DNA of 64,000 nt from NCBI GenBank assembly GCA_963758295.1, contig CAVWUU010000003.1, positions 192,001 through 256,000 of the forward strand, in the 5' to 3' direction. The notes under the pieces are model-generated. The model worked only from the letters and a program-made list of their open reading frames with translations, had not been told where the DNA came from and searched no databases. Origin of the DNA: Candidatus Eremiobacteria bacterium (lineage in GTDB: Bacteria > Vulcanimicrobiota > Vulcanimicrobiia > Vulcanimicrobiales > Vulcanimicrobiaceae). Of the stretch, positions 59,960 through 64,000 are shown piece by piece (the first letter of the stretch is position 1; every line of letters starts with the position of its first letter). The translations under genes and the position numbers were made by a program.

Positions 59960-60630
59960 AGATTCCAACGAAGATTTACGATTTGAGCCAGCCGGTCTTC
60001 AGTAATTGCCCGCAGTATCCGGACACCACGCCGCGTCCGGTCGAAGTCCGTTGGATGTACATTCACGGGGTTGAGCCGGTCAACAAAGAAATCGTGGAAA
60101 TGAGCACGCACACCGGCACGCACTGCGATGCGCCGTTTCATTTCTTCGCCGATGGAACGCCGATCGATGCAGTGCCGCTGGAGAATTACGTCGGACGCGC
60201 GGTGACGATCGACGTTCGTGGCAAACAGCCTGGTTCATCGATCGATCGCTCCGACGTGGAGCCGCACTTGGATCGCGTCGCGGAAGGCGACGTCGTGTTG
60301 CTCAATACCGGCTGGGGGCATAAGCGCGCTAACACCAAGGAGTTCCTAACTCAATACGTCTGGTGCAGCGGTGAAGCCGCAGAAGCGATCGTGCGGCGCG
60401 GCGCAAAAGGCGTGGGGATCGACGCGGTCAGTTTCGGCGGATACAACGATCCGGCAAAAGCCGGCCCGGCACATCGAGCGGTGCTTGGCGCCGGAAAATT
60501 CGTCATCGAGGAACTGTTCTTTCCCGACGAGATCATGGACGGCAAAGAACGATTGTTCGTGTGCGCGCCCGTGAAGCTGCAAGCTTGTAGCGGCGCCTGG
60601 ACGCGTGCCGCCTTGTGGGAATTCCAATGA
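59956..60630 (+). CDS. cyclase family metal-dependent hydrolase (KynB-like)
   Basis: HTGTHCDAPFHF, GVGIDA. Confidence 0.88.
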   Translation: MKIPTKIYDLSQPVFSNCPQYPDTTPRPVEVRWMYIHGVEPVNKEIVEMSTHTGTHCDAPFHFFADGTPIDAVPLENYVGRAVTIDVRGKQPGSSIDRSDVEPHLDRVAEGDVVLLNTGWGHKRANTKEFLTQYVWCSGEAAEAIVRRGAKGVGIDAVSFGGYNDPAKAGPAHRAVLGAGKFVIEELFFPDEIMDGKERLFVCAPVKLQACSGAWTRAALWEFQ

Positions 60631-61629
60631 GTGCGGCGGGCCGCGGGTTGCGGGAGCGGATCGGTCGAGACGATCAACTCGGGGGCATCATGCCGTTGCG
60701 CTTGGAGAACGGCGTACGGGCGGCGCGCATTCAGACGCTTGGGGGAATCGACGCACTGGTGATTCTCGATCGCGCGATGGATATCGCCCACTGCTCGTTT
60801 CTCGGCGTACCGCTCGTATGGCACGGTGCCGGCGGCATCCTGCCCGCTCATCCCGGAACGCTATCCGAAGACGAATTCCAACGCCGCTTTTTCGGCGGCC
60901 TCTTAACCACGTGCGGCCTCGAAGCCTTTGGGCCGGCTGGAAGCGACGAGTTCGGAACGTGGGGCCCGCACGGACACGTAAACCATATCGCCGCCGAAGA
61001 AATAACGACTCGCGACGATTTTGGACGCGCCGGAACCGTTCCTCGAATTGGCCGGCGTCGTAACGCAAGCGCGCATGTTTGGCGAATCGTTACGGCTCGA
61101 GCGGACGTGGCGAGCGCCGCTTACGGGAAACACGCTGTCGCTGCATGACGTCGTGATCAATGAAGGAGCGACCGCCGTGCCGCACATGCTGCTCTATCAT
61201 TGCAATGCCGGTTATCCATTAGTCGACGAAAGTGCTGAAGTGTTCGTGTCGCAATCGTCGATGCGAGCTCGCGATGCAGAAGCGCAAGCGGGCCTGCCGG
61301 ATTGGAACCGCGGCGCGCCTCCGGCATCCGGTTTTAAGGAGCAAGTCTACATTCATGCGCCGATTGCCGAGGCCGGCGGATGGGCTGCGGCCGGCATTGG
61401 TAATGCTTCGCTTCAACGCGGTTTTACGGTGCAATTTCGGCCCGAGGAGCTGCCCGCATGTTTCTCTTGGCGAATGCTGGCACCGCGTATTTACGTGCTC
61501 GCCGTTGAGCCCGCAAACTGCCCGACGATTCAAGGACGCATCGCCGCGCGCACTGCCGGAACGCTGCCGATGCTTCAGCCCGGCGAATCCGTCGAATACC
61601 ATCTGCGCTTTTTATTCGCATCATCGTAA
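60627..61629 (+). CDS. aldose 1-epimerase-like (DUF4432) protein, one extra base near 61019-61022
   Basis: DRAMDI, FFGGLLTTCGL, HG, then MLLYHCNAGYPL in the shifted frame; span 1003 nt = 3n+1. Confidence 0.78.
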
Positions 61630-61671
61630 GCTTTTCGGCGCATCCAAGCTTTGACGGCCATGACGGAATAG

Positions 61672-62907
61672 CTATTCGGAAGCGGTGAAGGAGATGTCGC
61701 GGCGTTCTTCGCGGACGAAGAAGCCGAGGAGCGTCATGATGATGACGCCGGCGAAAACGAACTCCATGAACGTGGACATTGCGCGAGCATAGTCGGCGGC
61801 GCCGTTCGCCATCGCGAAACGGCCGGCGGCGAGCGCCGCGATAATTTGCAGGGTGCCGGATGCGATGAGGTTGCCGAGCTGATAAACGAAGCCGGGGAAC
61901 GTTCCCCGTGCAAGTGGCGGGGCAATTTCGTTGAGGTGCGCGGGGATAATGCCCCATGCGCCTTGCACCATGAATTGCATCACGAAACCGCCGAGCGCCA
62001 GCGTCGAAATCGTGCTGCTGAATGCCCAGAGCGGAATCACCACTAAGCCCAAGACCGCGCATGCGATGATGCAAATGCGGCGGCCGAGGCGTTGCGATAG
62101 CCAACCGAAGAAGATGCCGCCCGCAATCGCACCGATCGAGGCGATGGTATTGATGTAGCCCACGGTTGCCGGCGTAAAGCCATGTTGCTTCGTAAGGAAC
62201 GTGGCGTAAGGGTCTTGCGTTCCGTGCGACATGAAGTTGAACGCGGCCATGAAGAACATGCCGTAGAGAAACAGCGGCAAGTATCGCTTGAGCGACGCGA
62301 GCAGGACATCGCCCTGCATTCCGAGGCGCTCGCTCGCATGCGCTTGCCACGCGGGCGATTCCGGGACGCTCGTGCGGATGAAGAAAATGAGAAACGCGGG
62401 CAAGGCCCCGACGATGAACATGCCACGCCAACCGATTCTTTCGAATAAGAACCAAAACGCGAGGCCCGCCAAGAGATTTCCTACGGCATAACCCTCTTGC
62501 AGAATGCCCGAGAACAAGCCGCGCCGCTTCGCGGGAAGCGACTCCATGGCGAGCGCAGCGCCAAGGCCCCATTCTCCGCCCATCGCGATACCGAAGACCG
62601 CGCGCAGAACTAAAAAGACCGCGAAGTTCGGTGAAAACGCGGTCAAAAGTTCGATGAGTGAGTAGAGCGCGATATCGACCATCAGCGGAACGCGACGTCC
62701 GTAACGGTCCGCGAACCAGCCGAAAACGATCGCACCCACGGGGCGCAACGCGAGCGTCAACGTGACGGCAAACGCCACCTCCACGACCGAACGATGGAAG
62801 TCGGCCGCGAGATGCGGCACGACGACGATGACTAAGAAGAAATCAAACGCATCGAGCGTCCACCCGAGAAAACTCGCGACGAACGTTTTCCAGGCGGACG
62901 CCGTCAT
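61672..62907 (-). CDS. MFS carboxylate/sialate:H+ symporter family transporter
   Basis: GWTLDAFDFF, ADRYGRR, GIAMGGEWG, SHGTQDPY, GFVYQLGNL. Confidence 0.88.
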   Translation of the reverse strand: MTASAWKTFVASFLGWTLDAFDFFLVIVVVPHLAADFHRSVVEVAFAVTLTLALRPVGAIVFGWFADRYGRRVPLMVDIALYSLIELLTAFSPNFAVFLVLRAVFGIAMGGEWGLGAALAMESLPAKRRGLFSGILQEGYAVGNLLAGLAFWFLFERIGWRGMFIVGALPAFLIFFIRTSVPESPAWQAHASERLGMQGDVLLASLKRYLPLFLYGMFFMAAFNFMSHGTQDPYATFLTKQHGFTPATVGYINTIASIGAIAGGIFFGWLSQRLGRRICIIACAVLGLVVIPLWAFSSTISTLALGGFVMQFMVQGAWGIIPAHLNEIAPPLARGTFPGFVYQLGNLIASGTLQIIAALAAGRFAMANGAADYARAMSTFMEFVFAGVIIMTLLGFFVREERRDISFTASE

Positions 62908-63885
62908 TTACGGCTTGGTGCTCGGTGGGCTCGATGGTGTCGCAGCAGATGCATCCGGTGACGGTTCCGTTCCCGGCATTGCCGGATTCTCGCCCGGCAT
63001 GGCGGGATTTCCGGCCGGCAATTCGGATGCGCTCGGATTGGGTGACGGCGATGCAAGGCGGTCGCCGTACAAAACGACGAGCCACGTCTCGCCTTTCTTC
63101 ACCGCCAGCTTCGGCGCGTTGAACGTGAAGCTTAGGGTCTGATCGAGAAGCTGCGATTCCTTGTACGAACCAACGAAGTTGTCGGCCGGCTTTTTGTTCT
63201 TCTTGACCGTTTCATGGAAGAGTTGAATTGCGAATCCGCGTCCCTTGGTAATCTGCTCTTTCGGAAGCGTAAAGCGCGCGCTCGCGTTTCCTTGGAACAC
63301 TACGTTGTCGGTCGTCGTCAAACGCAATGCGACAAGCGCAACCACCGGCGGGCCCTTCGGATCCGGGTTGGCCATCGCAGGCGCGTCTTGCGGCGATACG
63401 GTGAACGCGATGTTCATCTGTGCGCTCGAAGGCGTTGGCGAAGAGGACGGTGACGCCGACGGACTTGCCGATGATTCCGGCGTCGGGGTCGGTGTGGGCG
63501 TCGGTGTTGGAGACGGGGTCGGCGTTGCCTTGTTTCCGTGCTTACCTGGCGACGGCGACGGCGTCGCATCGAGCGCCGCCAATTCGGCATCCGTCATGTT
63601 GAAATACAACGTGCACGAATAGCCCGCTTGATCCGGACACTTCAATCCCTTATTCGCTTGCGCGAACGAATGCGTTGCGGTTTGTTCCGGTTCGCCGCTT
63701 GCCTGCGGGTTAACCGTCACGTCGGCAGCGGGCGAGGGATTCATTTGACCCTGTGCCGGTCCGTTGACTGGCGGATTCATGCCGCCAGGAGCCGCCGTGC
63801 CGCCGCTTCCAAAACTTCCTTGGCAGGCTCCAAGCGCTAGACCAAAGGCAGCGACTGCGAACCCGATTCGCAGGGATGATCTCAT
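62908..63885 (-). CDS. hypothetical Pro/Ser/Thr-rich lipoprotein
   Basis: LGAC lipobox; PT/SP repeats. Confidence 0.7.
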   Translation of the reverse strand: MRSSLRIGFAVAAFGLALGACQGSFGSGGTAAPGGMNPPVNGPAQGQMNPSPAADVTVNPQASGEPEQTATHSFAQANKGLKCPDQAGYSCTLYFNMTDAELAALDATPSPSPGKHGNKATPTPSPTPTPTPTPTPESSASPSASPSSSPTPSSAQMNIAFTVSPQDAPAMANPDPKGPPVVALVALRLTTTDNVVFQGNASARFTLPKEQITKGRGFAIQLFHETVKKNKKPADNFVGSYKESQLLDQTLSFTFNAPKLAVKKGETWLVVLYGDRLASPSPNPSASELPAGNPAMPGENPAMPGTEPSPDASAATPSSPPSTKP

Positions 63886-64000
63886 TGTTTCGCAGCGACC
63901 TTTCGTTCGAGTTCTTCAGCGAATGTGGCAACGCTGACGGTGCGCTTTTCTTCCGTGCCGCGCTCGTTTACGTTGACGGTGCCGTCGGCCGCTTCTTGTT
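63882..64000 (-). CDS. thrS: C-terminus of a class IIa aminoacyl-tRNA synthetase, probably ThrRS (partial)
   Basis: QEAADGTVNVNERGTEEKRTVSVATFAEELERKVAAKQ* resembles the end of the anticodon-binding domain; only 38 aa visible. Confidence 0.6.
   Translation of the reverse strand, partial: QEAADGTVNVNERGTEEKRTVSVATFAEELERKVAAKQ

Noticed and set aside
61015..61025. Pseudogene or recoding in the DUF4432 gene
   Set aside because: One extra T in a TTTT run with both halves otherwise intact; typical homopolymer error. Needs a read check.
63430..63565. PT/SP repeats here and the poly-Thr tract near 35255-35310
   Set aside because: Ordinary low-complexity linkers of secreted proteins.

Overview
GC-rich bacterial chromosomal window (roughly 60% GC by eye) made almost entirely of housekeeping and metabolic genes. 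No rRNA, tRNA, CRISPR array or mobile element was seen. Main blocks: (1) a dispersed purine biosynthesis region (purB, PAICS-like purC, purL, purQ, purS, two archaeal-type purP homologues with cydAB between them, guaA, purD, purF, purM, a GNAT-purN fusion); (2) an infA gene missed by the ORF track that has no canonical start codon; (3) a LexA-boxed radical SAM gene, bluB/panB, an ada-like gene, a MalT-like regulator with an S53 protease, and pepA; (4) a hom-metY-metX methionine operon; (5) an actinobacterial-type cytochrome bcc:aa3 cluster; (6) a 13-kb putative stress/sugar operon starting with a TPP enzyme; (7) the probable 3' end of thrS. The strongest novel candidate lies upstream of hom-metY-metX: a sigma70-like promoter placed to give a leaderless 26-aa Met-rich peptide (MLASFVATMRPMCWMQMHPAGNVVNR). 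Its coding sequence contains an antiterminator that competes with a 12-bp intrinsic terminator, which suggests a methionine-sensing ribosome-mediated attenuator. Three genes each carry one extra base, which may be assembly error. All functional calls come from motif recognition, not database searches.
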